A stretch of 64,000 nucleotides of DNA from an uncultured Gemmatimonadales bacterium (lineage in GTDB: Bacteria > Gemmatimonadota > Gemmatimonadetes > Gemmatimonadales > GWC2-71-9), in the NCBI GenBank assembly GCA_963728915.1, contig CAVSLV010000004.1:32001-96000 (forward strand), written 5' to 3'. The notes below the pieces were generated by a model that was given only the letters and a program-made list of their open reading frames with translations, was not told where the DNA came from and did not search any database. The first letter of the stretch is position 1. Each line of letters begins with the position of its first letter. The position numbers and the translations under genes were made by a program. Shown here in pieces: positions 41,662-51,112 of the stretch.

Positions 41662-43352
41662 AGCTCCTTCCGGTTCAGCAGATCCACCGCATGCGCGACC
41701 GCGCGCGCGGTCAGCGCCATGTACGTGATCGAGGGATTCTGATTGCCCGATGAGACCATGCAGGCGCCGTCGGTCACGAATACGTTCTTCGCGTCCCACA
41801 CCTGGTTCCAGCCGTTCAGGACCGACGTCTTCGGGTCCCGTCCCATCCGGGCGGTGCCCATCTCGTGAATGCAGAGACCCGGGGGCAGATGGTCGTTGTA
41901 GGTGCGCACGTCCTTCGCCCCCGCGGCCTCGAGCATCTCGGCGGCGGTGGCCTGCACGTCCTCGGTCAGGGCGAGCTCGTTGGGACCCCAGGAACACTGG
42001 ACCTTGAGCGCCGGAATGCCCCATTTGTCCTTCAGGGTCGGATGGAGCGCGATGAAGTTGTCCTGCCGCGGCAGACATTCCGCCCACCCCCCGATCGAGA
42101 ACCGCCACGGCGCCAGCTCTTCGGACAGGAGCGCCTTCTTGAACTCGGGCCCGAAGCCCTGGCGCGGCCGCGGGACGGTGCCCCGGCTCCCACCGCCCTG
42201 AAAACCGTAGCCCCGCAGGAACTTCGGATGCTTCTCCTTCACGTTGCGGAACCGGACGATGTAGATCCCGTTGGGACGCCGCCCGTAGGAGGTCTGGTCC
42301 TCGAAGCCGGGGATCGTTCCGCTGGCGCCGGCCCCGAAGGTATGGTCCATCACGTTCCGGCCGAGCTGGCCGCTGGAGTTGCCTAACCCGGTCGAGAAGC
42401 GCTCCGTCGCGGAGTTGAGCAGGATCCGGGCGGATTCGAGCGCCGACGCGCAGACGAACACGATCCGGGCCTGGAATTCGAGCGGCTGCATCGTTTCGCC
42501 GTCGATCGCCCGGACTCCGGTCGCCCGGTCGAGCCGGGCGTCGTACCTCACACTGTGCACCACGCTGTGGGGTCGGACCGTCAGGAGCCCGGTCTTCCGG
42601 GCGGCCGGCAGGGTGGAGCCCAGGCTCGAGAAGAAGGAATGGGTGATGCAGCCCCGCTCACAGGGACCGCAGTAGTGGCACGCCGCCCGCCCGTTGTGAT
42701 TCCGGGTCAGGATTGCGCACCGGCCGATCGTCAGGACCCGCTCACCGGCCCACTTCTCCATCAGCTTGTCGCGGACCAGTCGTTCGACGCAACGCATCTC
42801 CATCGGGGGAAGGAACTGGCCGTCGGGGAGTTGAGGCAGGTTCTCCGCCTGGCCGCTGACCCCGATGAACCGCTCGACGTGATCGTACCAGGGGGCGATG
42901 TCGGCATAGCGGATCGGCCAGTCCACCGCGACGCCGTCCCGCGCGTTGGCTTCGAAATCGAGATCGCTCCAGCGATACACCTGGCGTCCCCAGGTGATCG
43001 AGCGCCCGCCCAGATGACGTCCCCGGATCCAGTGAAACGGCTTGTCGGCGTCGAACTCGTAGGGGTTCTCGCGGTCGTTCACGAAGAACTTGCCGCTGTA
43101 CTCGTCGCAGGCATAACAGTTCTTCTGGATGAACTGATCCCGGTCGAGCGCCTGGCGATCGCCCCGTCCCCGGAAATGCATTTCCCAGGGCTGGACGTGC
43201 TCGCAATAGTCGGTGCCCGGCTCGATCGGCCGTCCGGCCTCGAGCACCAGGGTCCGGAGACCGTGCTCGCAGAGCTCCTTGGCCGCCCAGCCACCGCTGA
43301 TCCCGCTCCCGACGACGATCGCGTCGTAGGCGGTGTCCTGCGGCGGCTTCAC
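41658..43352 (-). CDS. GMC oxidoreductase (glycoside 3-dehydrogenase catalytic subunit-like)
   Basis: VVGSGISGG FAD motif, CHYCGPCERGC Cys cluster, IHEMGTARMG, QNPSITYMAL. Confidence 0.92.
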   Translation of the reverse strand: MKPPQDTAYDAIVVGSGISGGWAAKELCEHGLRTLVLEAGRPIEPGTDYCEHVQPWEMHFRGRGDRQALDRDQFIQKNCYACDEYSGKFFVNDRENPYEFDADKPFHWIRGRHLGGRSITWGRQVYRWSDLDFEANARDGVAVDWPIRYADIAPWYDHVERFIGVSGQAENLPQLPDGQFLPPMEMRCVERLVRDKLMEKWAGERVLTIGRCAILTRNHNGRAACHYCGPCERGCITHSFFSSLGSTLPAARKTGLLTVRPHSVVHSVRYDARLDRATGVRAIDGETMQPLEFQARIVFVCASALESARILLNSATERFSTGLGNSSGQLGRNVMDHTFGAGASGTIPGFEDQTSYGRRPNGIYIVRFRNVKEKHPKFLRGYGFQGGGSRGTVPRPRQGFGPEFKKALLSEELAPWRFSIGGWAECLPRQDNFIALHPTLKDKWGIPALKVQCSWGPNELALTEDVQATAAEMLEAAGAKDVRTYNDHLPPGLCIHEMGTARMGRDPKTSVLNGWNQVWDAKNVFVTDGACMVSSGNQNPSITYMALTARAVAHAVDLLNRKEL

Positions 43353-43906
43353 GATGGGGTCCGGAGCGGAATGCAGCCGTCGAAGCGTCCCGGAATGATC
43401 GGAGTGGTTCGGGTGAGTTCGGAGATTTCCCGCGAGGTGACGAATCCGAAGATGAGACCGTCCTTGATCCGGGCGTAGGCGGCTTCCGCGGAACCCCGCT
43501 CGCCCCGGACCCCGTCAATCGTGGCCAGGAAGGTGGAACGATCCTCGCCGCTCACCTCGGCAAACCCGCGGCCGAAGCGCTCCTGGCACCGGGCGTCCAG
43601 CGCGTTGAGCCCCGCGATGGTCTCCTCCCGGTCCGACGCCGGATACCACTCGGCGAGCAGCAGGTCGACGAACTCCGGAGCGCCGACTTCCACCGCTCCT
43701 GGAGTGTCGGTCGCCGGGATGATGGCTTCGCCCAGCGCACGCACCAGATCGAGCTGCTCCTCCGTCAGGGCTTGCCCGGGCCGGGAAACCACCGCGCGGG
43801 TGTGGAGCGCCCGGCCGACGCGCCAGCGCTCACTGGCCGGGAAGGGAATCAGGAGCGGGCCGAGGGCGGCGGTGCCGAGGAACCGAAGGACGTCGCGTCG
43901 TTGCAT
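43349..43906 (-). CDS. gluconate 2-dehydrogenase subunit 3 family (Tat carrier subunit)
   Basis: QRRDVL signal; IIPATDTPGA...V.EFVD, GFVTS, IPGRFDGC; overlaps the GMC start. Confidence 0.85.
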   Translation of the reverse strand: MQRRDVLRFLGTAALGPLLIPFPASERWRVGRALHTRAVVSRPGQALTEEQLDLVRALGEAIIPATDTPGAVEVGAPEFVDLLLAEWYPASDREETIAGLNALDARCQERFGRGFAEVSGEDRSTFLATIDGVRGERGSAEAAYARIKDGLIFGFVTSREISELTRTTPIIPGRFDGCIPLRTPS

Positions 43907-43978
43907 GAAGTGATCCTCCCGGTCGGAAGGTACCCCAATCCGGGCCGAGGTCCAGCGCGGCCTCTATACTTCTCCGCT

Positions 43979-45001
43979 GTGTCGATTCTCGAGTGCCAGC
44001 GGATCACCAAACGGTTCGAAGCGGCGCCCGCGGTGGACCAGGTTTCGTTCACGGTGGAGCGGGGCGAATTCTTTTCTCTGCTCGGGCCGTCCGGATGCGG
44101 CAAAACCACGACGCTCCGTCTGGTGGCGGGCCTCGAGGACCCCGATGCCGGGGCAATCCTTATCGGCGGCCGCCCGATGCGACAGGTGCCGGCTCATGAG
44201 CGCGGGCTCGGCATGGTGTTCCAGCACTACGCTCTGTTTCCCCATCTGTCGGTGGAGCGGAATGTCGCGTATGGGCTCGAACGCCGGCAGCTCCCCAGGC
44301 CAGAGGTCGTTTCCCGGGTCCATCGGGCCCTCGAGCTCGTCAAGCTCGACCCCGGGGAGTTCGCGGCCCGGCGCCCTGCCGATTTGTCCGGGGGAGAACG
44401 CCAGCGGGTCGCCCTCGCCCGCGCCATCGTGGTTCAGCCCGAGCTGCTTCTGCTCGACGAGCCCCTCGGCGCGCTGGACCTGTCGCTTCGGAAAGCGATG
44501 CAGCTCGAGCTGAAGGCCCTGAACCGCACCCTGGGGATCACCTTCCTGTACGTGACCCATGATCAGGAGGAAGCCCTCACCATGTCCGACCGCCTCGCGG
44601 TGATGCACCGCGGCGCGATCGTGCAGATCGGCGCGCCGCCCGAGATCTACGAGCGGCCCCGCACCGCCTTCGTGGCGCGGTTCCTGGGCGAATCGAACGT
44701 GATCTCGGACGGAAAGGGTGGTCGGGTATCGGTCCGGCCGGAACGGATCGAGCTCCTGCCGCCGGACGCGGAAATGGGGTCAGACTCCATTGTGTCGGCG
44801 GGCCGGAGCCGGGGGAACATCGAGGAAGTGCTGTACCAGGGCGAGCGGGTTAGGGTCGGTGTGGTGCTCGGCTCGGGAGAGCGCCTGGTGGCGTCGATCC
44901 CGAATGACGGGCGGACCCGCGCGCCGGCTCCCGTCCCCGGGGCCCCGGTCGCGGTGCGATGGGGCGCCGAGGACGCCTGGCCGCTCGAGGCGGACCAGTG
45001 A
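43979..45001 (+). CDS. potA: polyamine-type ABC transporter ATP-binding subunit
   Basis: GPSGCGKT, VFQHYALFPHL, LSGGERQRVALARA, LLLDEP, VTHDQEEA. Confidence 0.85.
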   Translation: MSILECQRITKRFEAAPAVDQVSFTVERGEFFSLLGPSGCGKTTTLRLVAGLEDPDAGAILIGGRPMRQVPAHERGLGMVFQHYALFPHLSVERNVAYGLERRQLPRPEVVSRVHRALELVKLDPGEFAARRPADLSGGERQRVALARAIVVQPELLLLDEPLGALDLSLRKAMQLELKALNRTLGITFLYVTHDQEEALTMSDRLAVMHRGAIVQIGAPPEIYERPRTAFVARFLGESNVISDGKGGRVSVRPERIELLPPDAEMGSDSIVSAGRSRGNIEEVLYQGERVRVGVVLGSGERLVASIPNDGRTRAPAPVPGAPVAVRWGAEDAWPLEADQ

Positions 45002-45876
45002 GCCGGCGCGGCGCGCTCGGGGCCCTTCGCCGCCGGCCCGCGCTGCGGCGGGTGCTGCTCCTCGCGCCGGGTTCCCTCTGGCTCACCGTCTTTTTTGCCA
45101 TTCCGCTGCTCTTCGTGGTGGTCGCGAGCCTGATGCACCGGGGGCAATTCGGCGGGGTGGCGCCCGGATTCACCGTGGAGCATTATCGCCGGTTCTTCGA
45201 CCCCCTCTACCTCGCAGTGCTGGCGCGAACCACGCTCTGGGCCGCCCTCACCACCGCGGGATGCGTCGCGCTGGGATTCCCGGTCGCCTGGGTCGTTGCA
45301 CGGAGCCGGCGGTTCCGGAACCTCCTGCTCCTGCTCGTGGTGATCCCCTTCTGGACCAGTTTCCTGGTCCGGACCTTCGCGATGATCTTCCTCCTCAGGG
45401 ACAGTGGCCTGGTGAATGAAGTGCTGCTCCAGCTGGGGCTCATCCGGGAACCGCTCACCCTGCTCTATACTCCTTTCGCAGTACTGCTCGGCCTGATCTA
45501 CGGATTCCTTCCCTTCATGATTCTGCCGGTTTATGCGACGCTGGAGCGGCTCGACCCCACCCTGCTCGAAGCCGCCGCCTTGCTGGGCGCGAGGCCCGCC
45601 ACCCGGCTCCGAACCGTGATCGTTCCCCTCGCCCTTCCAGGCATTATCGCGGGCGGTCTCCTCGTATTCGTCTCGGCATTCGGCAGCTTCCTGACCTCGG
45701 ACCTCCTGGGCGGCGCCAAGCAGGCCATGATCGGCAACCTGATCCAGAACCAGTTCACCACCGCCCGGAACTGGCCGTTCGGCTCGGCGGCGTCGCTCAT
45801 CGTCATGGCGGTGGTGATGATCGCGGTGCTCGGATCGCTTCGATCCCGCGACCGGACCGCGGCGGTGGGATCATGA
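44998..45876 (+). CDS. potB: polyamine ABC transporter permease
   Basis: PFWTSFLVRT, YGFLPFMILPVY, EAA..LGA loop, ARNWPFGSA. Confidence 0.85.
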   Translation: MSRRGALGALRRRPALRRVLLLAPGSLWLTVFFAIPLLFVVVASLMHRGQFGGVAPGFTVEHYRRFFDPLYLAVLARTTLWAALTTAGCVALGFPVAWVVARSRRFRNLLLLLVVIPFWTSFLVRTFAMIFLLRDSGLVNEVLLQLGLIREPLTLLYTPFAVLLGLIYGFLPFMILPVYATLERLDPTLLEAAALLGARPATRLRTVIVPLALPGIIAGGLLVFVSAFGSFLTSDLLGGAKQAMIGNLIQNQFTTARNWPFGSAASLIVMAVVMIAVLGSLRSRDRTAAVGS

Positions 45877-46664
45877 AGCGCCAGTCCCGCATCGCCCTCA
45901 CCCTGGCGGGCGCGGTGTACCTCTTCCTCCACCTTCCCATCCTGGTGCTGGTCGGGTTCAGCTTCAATCAATCCAGGTACTCGGTGCGGTGGACTGGATT
46001 CACGCTCCAGTGGTATCGCGCCCTGCTGGACCGTTCCGACCTGTTGCGAGGGCTCAAGGTGAGTCTTCTGGTCGGGGTCGCTTCCACGGTGGTCGCGACG
46101 ATGCTGGGGACCCTGCTCGCGCTGGGCCTCGCGCGCGGGACCCGGCAGGCCGGTCGCATCGCCGAAGGGCTCCTCTTCCTCCCGATCGTGACGCCGGAGA
46201 TCATCGCCGGCATCTCGTTGTTGATGCTCTTCGCCCAGGTCGGGATACCGCTCGGTATCGGCACCATCACGATCGCGCACGTTGCGTTCAACATCGGGTT
46301 CGTGGCGATCGTGGTGCGAGCCCGGCTCGAAGGGATGGATCGAAGCCTCGAGGAAGCCGCGTCGGTGCTGGGCGCCGACGAGCTGACCGCGTTTCGCACC
46401 GTGACGATTCCCCAGCTCGCTCCGGGGATCCTGGCCGGGGCCCTGCTGGCCTTCACCATGTCGTTCGACGATTACGTCATCACGTCGCTGGTTTCCGGCA
46501 CCGGCTCCTCCACCCTGCCGATGGTGGTGTACAGCATGGTGCGCCGCAACATCGATCCCACCGTGAACGCCATCAGCACGATCATTCTGGTGACGACGTC
46601 TCTCGGTATCTGGGCCATGTTCCGGCTGAGCCGGGAACGGCCCCTGGCCGCGGGACGAGGATGA
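45873..46664 (+). CDS. potC: polyamine ABC transporter permease
   Basis: FSFN...W.GFTLQWY, LEEAA..LGA, AFTMSFDD, TLPM. Confidence 0.85.
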   Translation: MKRQSRIALTLAGAVYLFLHLPILVLVGFSFNQSRYSVRWTGFTLQWYRALLDRSDLLRGLKVSLLVGVASTVVATMLGTLLALGLARGTRQAGRIAEGLLFLPIVTPEIIAGISLLMLFAQVGIPLGIGTITIAHVAFNIGFVAIVVRARLEGMDRSLEEAASVLGADELTAFRTVTIPQLAPGILAGALLAFTMSFDDYVITSLVSGTGSSTLPMVVYSMVRRNIDPTVNAISTIILVTTSLGIWAMFRLSRERPLAAGRG

Positions 46665-46671
46665 CGAAGCG

Positions 46672-47748
46672 ATGAAGCGGAGAGCGTTCCTGCAACGGCT
46701 TGCCGCCCTGAGCGGCACGCTTCCGGCGGCGGCCACCCTCGCTGCCTGCCGGCGGGAGCCCAAGGGGCCACCGGCGGGAAGCGACACCCTCGGCGCGATC
46801 GAGGACCGGCTCAACATCTACAACTGGTCCGATTACATCGGTCCCGACGTGATCCCCGGGTTCGAGAAGGAATTCGGAGTGAAGGTGGTGTACGACACCT
46901 TCGAAAGCAGCGAGGAGATGGTCGCCAAGCTCCTCGCCGGCGCGAGCGGCTACGACCTGGTGGTCCCTCCCACCTACGCGGTGACCGCCCTACGTGGCGC
47001 CGACCTGCTCGCCCCGCTCTCTCTCCGCTACCTCCCCAATCTCCCGAATCTCTCCCCGATCTTTCGGGGCAGGCCGCACGATCCGGAAAACCGGTTCACC
47101 GTGCCGTGGCAATGGGGAATGACCGGGATCGCCTGGCGCAGCGACCGGGTTTCCGACGCACCGGAGAGCTGGAGCGTCTTCCTGGACCGTTCCTGGCGCG
47201 GCAAGATGACCATGCTGGACGACTACCGGGATGTGATCGGCGCGTTTCTCAAGTACCGGGGGCACTCCCTCAACTCCACCGACCGGCCGGAGCTCGAAAC
47301 CGCGGAGCGGGACGCCATTGCCGCCAAGGCGAACCTCAAGGCCTACCTCTCCGCCCCGGTGAAGAGCCAGCTGATCGGCGGCGATGTCTGGATCGCCCAG
47401 CTCTGGAACGGGGATGCCGCCCAGGCCGCCCGGGAAGAGCCGGCGATTTCCTGGCTGCTTCCCGAGGAGGGGAGCACCCTCTGGATCGACTCGCTGGCGG
47501 TGCCCCGTTCCGCGCCGCATCCCCGCGCGGCGCACGAGTTCATGAACTACATCCTGCGCCCCGAAGTGGGGGCCTCGATCTCCCGGGCCACCGGGTACGG
47601 CACCCCCAATCAGGCGGCGATGCCCCTGCTCGAGAAGCCGGTCCCCTATCCGGATGCCACCCAGCTGGCCCGCCTGGAGGTCCAGACCGACCTGGGCGGC
47701 GCGAGCGGGTTATGGGACGAGGTCTGGACCAGGATCAAGACCGCGTAA
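46672..47748 (+). CDS. potD: spermidine/putrescine-binding protein, Tat lipoprotein
   Basis: KRRAFL plus LAAC; LNIYNWSDYI, YDLVVP, PWQWG.TG, QLWNGD, PEEG..LWID. Confidence 0.87.
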   Translation: MKRRAFLQRLAALSGTLPAAATLAACRREPKGPPAGSDTLGAIEDRLNIYNWSDYIGPDVIPGFEKEFGVKVVYDTFESSEEMVAKLLAGASGYDLVVPPTYAVTALRGADLLAPLSLRYLPNLPNLSPIFRGRPHDPENRFTVPWQWGMTGIAWRSDRVSDAPESWSVFLDRSWRGKMTMLDDYRDVIGAFLKYRGHSLNSTDRPELETAERDAIAAKANLKAYLSAPVKSQLIGGDVWIAQLWNGDAAQAAREEPAISWLLPEEGSTLWIDSLAVPRSAPHPRAAHEFMNYILRPEVGASISRATGYGTPNQAAMPLLEKPVPYPDATQLARLEVQTDLGGASGLWDEVWTRIKTA

Positions 47749-47797
47749 CCTTCCCCGGTTTGCGGGCCCCGTGGGGGCCGGAGTAGAATTCCCGCCC

Positions 47798-47956
47798 ATG
47801 AGGATCTTCGGGATCGTGTTCGCCTCCCTCGGCGCCGGGATGATTCTCTTCGCGCTGGTCTACCTCAACGGGCTCCTGTTCGGGCTCGTCAACAGCATGG
47901 TCACCCTGATGGCCGGCCCCCTGGTGGACCGGATCTTCGCCCGCCGCAAGTCCTAG
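47798..47956 (+). CDS. 52-aa hydrophobic small membrane protein
   Basis: MRIFGIVFASLGAGMILFALVYLNGLLFGLVNSMVTLMAGPLVDRIFARRKS; G/C-rich third codon positions; TAGAAT 8 nt upstream. Confidence 0.65.
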   Translation: MRIFGIVFASLGAGMILFALVYLNGLLFGLVNSMVTLMAGPLVDRIFARRKS

Positions 47957-48016
47957 CCGGATAAGCTGCCGTCGAATCAACAGGTTGGCGGGTCTCCGCG
48001 TAGTACCTTCGCCCCT

Positions 48017-51000
48017 ATGAACCTCTCCGATATCGCCATCAAGCGCCCGGTGTTCGCCAGCATGGCGAGCGCCGCCCTGGTCCTGTTCGGGGCCATCGGC
48101 TACAAGCAGCTCCTGGTTCGCGAGTTCCCCGACGTCGATCCGGTGATCGTGTCGGTTTCGGTCTCGCTCCGGGGCGCCAACCCCTACACCATCGAATCGT
48201 CGATCACCGACGTCCTGGAGGAACAGCTCGCCTCGCTCGAGGGTCTCCGGACCATGACCAGCCGGAGCACCGAGCAGCAGTCCACCATCACCCTCGAATT
48301 CGATCTCGACCGGCCCATCGAGGCCGCCGCCCAGGACGTCCGCGACATCGTTTCCCGGGTGCGGGGCCGGCTGCCCCAGCAGATCGAGGACCCGGTCGTC
48401 AACAAGCAGGACGCCGATGCCCGGCCCATGCTGTTCATCGGGCTCGAGTCGGAACAGTACGACCTGATGAAGCTGTCGGAGATCGCCGATCAGGTCCTGA
48501 AGCCCCAGCTCCAGACCATTCCCGGTGTCGCCCGGGCGGAAATCCGGGGCGAGCGCCGCTATGCCATGCGGATCTGGCCGTCGGCCAGTTCGCTCGCCGC
48601 CCACGGCCTCACCGTCCAGGACCTCACCAGTGCGATTCAGGCGCGCAATATCGAGATCCCGGCCGGCCGGATCGAGTCCGAGCGGCGCGAGTTCTCGGTC
48701 CGCTCCCTCGGACAGCTTCGGACCCCGCAGGAATTCGCGGACATCGTCGTGTCGAGCCAGGGCGGACAGCTGGTCAAGCTGGGCGACGTGGCCCGGGTCG
48801 AAATCGGTCCCGAAGACGACCGCAGCATTTTCCGATTCAACGGCCGGCCCGCCATCGGGCTTTCCCTGGTGCGGCAGTCCAAGGCCAACCTCGTCGAGGT
48901 GGCCGACGCGGTCCGGGCGGCCATGCCGGATCTCCAGGCCTTCCTTCCGCCCGGCGTCACCGCGAAGATCGGCTACGACCAGTCGATGTATGTCAAACGG
49001 TCGATCACCGAGGCGAAAGAGACCCTGGTGCTGGCGGGGTTCCTCGTGGTGCTGATCATCTTCGTGTTCCTCCGGAACCTCCGCGCTACGATCATCCCGG
49101 GCCTCGCGATCCCCGCGTCCATCGTGGCGACCTTCGGCGTCATGTATGCGTTCGGATTTTCGGTGAACAACCTCACCCTGCTGGCGCTCACCCTCGCCAT
49201 CGGGATCGTGGTGGACGACGCCATCATCGTGCTGGAGAACGCCTACCGGCATCAGGAGGAGCTGCATCAGCCTCCCGAAGTCGCGGCGTCGCAGGGCACC
49301 AGGGAAATCGCGTTCGCGGTCATCGCGACCACGATGTCGCTGGTCTCGGTCTTCGTGCCCCTGGCCTTCCTCAAGGGGAACACCGGCCGGCTCTTCAAGG
49401 AGTTCGGGGTCGCGGTCGCGGCCTCCGTGGCGATCTCCGGGTTCGTCGCGCTGACCCTGACACCGATGCTCTGCGCCAAGATCCTCCGGGTGCCGCCCCG
49501 GCATGGTCCGCTCTACCAGGTTCTCGAGCGGGGGTTCACCGCGCTCGCGAACGGCTACCAGAAAGCCCTCGGCGCCGCGCTTCGGCACCGCGCGGCCGTG
49601 CTCGCCGGGGTCGCGGTGGTGGTGGCGGTCTCGACCTACGTCGGGCTGGGACTCAAGCGGGAGTTCGTGCCACCGGAAGATCGGGGCCAGATCCAGATCC
49701 AGGTTACCGCCCCCGAAGGGGCGACGCTGGCGTTCACCGACCAGTACCAGCGCCAGGTCGAGCAGATCCTCGCAGGTATTCCGGAGATCGACAACTTCAC
49801 CAGCTCGATCGGCGGCGGCGGGTTCGGGGGCGGCTCGGTGAGCGGCGGCTCGATCTTCGTTCGCTTCGTCGACTGGTCCCAGCGGAAGCGATCGGCCCAG
49901 GACATCATCGAAGAGCTGCGCCCCAGGCTTGCCCACATTCCCGGGGTCCAGGCGTTCGCGAACAATCCGCCCGCCTTCGGTGGATACGGCTCCGCGGTGC
50001 AATACGTGGTGCGGAATCCTGACTTCGACAGCCTCTACAACGGGGTCCAGGCCATGCTGGCCCGGGCCCGCAAGATCCCCGGGCTCATCAACGTCGATAC
50101 CGATCTTCGCATCAACAAGCCGGAGCTGTCGGTCTCCTACGATCGCGATCGTGCCGAGGACCTCGGCGTCCCGGTGCGCGACGTCGCCGGCACCATGCAG
50201 GCGCTGCTCGGCGGCCAGCAGATCGGCACCTTCACGATGAATAACAAGCTCTACTACGTGATGGTGCAGCTGGCCCCGGAGGCGCGCGCCACCCCCCGGG
50301 ACATGAGCGGCCTCACGGTACGGGGACGGGGCGGGCAGCTCATCCAGCTCGACCAGCTCGCCAAAGTCTCCGAAGGCGTGGGCCCCCGTTCCCTGAGCCA
50401 CTACATGCGGGTTCGCGCCGCCCAGCTCTCGGCGGGGCTCGCTCCCGGGTTCACCCTCGGTGAGGCGCTGGATTCTCTCGACGCGATCGCCCGCGACGTC
50501 CTCCCCACCGGCTCGACTACCGCGCTGGCCGGCGAATCCCGCGAGCTCCGGGAAAGCGGCACCTCACTCTACTTCGCCTTCATTCTGGCCCTGGTGTTCG
50601 TGTTCATGGTGCTCGCGTCTCAGTTCGAATCCATGATCCACCCGTTCACCGTCCTCACGGCGGTACCGCTCGCGGTCACCGGGGCGATCGTCACTCTGTT
50701 CATCGCCAGGTCCAGCATCAACCTGTACAGCCAGATCGGCATGATCCTCCTGATCGGGCTGGTGGCCAAGAACTCCATCCTGCTGGTGGATTACACCAAC
50801 CGGCTCCGAACCGAGGGGCTGGACGTGACCGCGGCCCTGATCGAGGCGGGGCGGGTCCGGCTCCGTCCCATCCTGATGACGTCGGTCGCCATCGTGATGG
50901 GGGCGATTCCGATCGCCCTGGCCCTCGGCGCCGGATCCATCAGCCGGCGTCCCCTGGGCTATGCGATCGTCGGCGGGGTCGTGTTCTCGACCGCGCTCAC

Positions 51001-51112
51001 CCTGTTCCTGGTACCGATCGTGTACTCTCTGATCGAGGGAGTTCGGGTCCGGGTCCGCCGTGCCAAGCCGCACGCGGCCCACAGCACCGTGCCGGCCCCC
51101 GAGGCCAAGTGA
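48017..51112 (+). CDS. RND efflux permease (AcrB/AcrD/AcrF family)
   Basis: IKRPV, AIGIVVDDAIIVLEN, ALTLTPMLC, GLVAKNSILLV, RLRPILMT. Confidence 0.95.
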   Translation: MNLSDIAIKRPVFASMASAALVLFGAIGYKQLLVREFPDVDPVIVSVSVSLRGANPYTIESSITDVLEEQLASLEGLRTMTSRSTEQQSTITLEFDLDRPIEAAAQDVRDIVSRVRGRLPQQIEDPVVNKQDADARPMLFIGLESEQYDLMKLSEIADQVLKPQLQTIPGVARAEIRGERRYAMRIWPSASSLAAHGLTVQDLTSAIQARNIEIPAGRIESERREFSVRSLGQLRTPQEFADIVVSSQGGQLVKLGDVARVEIGPEDDRSIFRFNGRPAIGLSLVRQSKANLVEVADAVRAAMPDLQAFLPPGVTAKIGYDQSMYVKRSITEAKETLVLAGFLVVLIIFVFLRNLRATIIPGLAIPASIVATFGVMYAFGFSVNNLTLLALTLAIGIVVDDAIIVLENAYRHQEELHQPPEVAASQGTREIAFAVIATTMSLVSVFVPLAFLKGNTGRLFKEFGVAVAASVAISGFVALTLTPMLCAKILRVPPRHGPLYQVLERGFTALANGYQKALGAALRHRAAVLAGVAVVVAVSTYVGLGLKREFVPPEDRGQIQIQVTAPEGATLAFTDQYQRQVEQILAGIPEIDNFTSSIGGGGFGGGSVSGGSIFVRFVDWSQRKRSAQDIIEELRPRLAHIPGVQAFANNPPAFGGYGSAVQYVVRNPDFDSLYNGVQAMLARARKIPGLINVDTDLRINKPELSVSYDRDRAEDLGVPVRDVAGTMQALLGGQQIGTFTMNNKLYYVMVQLAPEARATPRDMSGLTVRGRGGQLIQLDQLAKVSEGVGPRSLSHYMRVRAAQLSAGLAPGFTLGEALDSLDAIARDVLPTGSTTALAGESRELRESGTSLYFAFILALVFVFMVLASQFESMIHPFTVLTAVPLAVTGAIVTLFIARSSINLYSQIGMILLIGLVAKNSILLVDYTNRLRTEGLDVTAALIEAGRVRLRPILMTSVAIVMGAIPIALALGAGSISRRPLGYAIVGGVVFSTALTLFLVPIVYSLIEGVRVRVRRAKPHAAHSTVPAPEAK

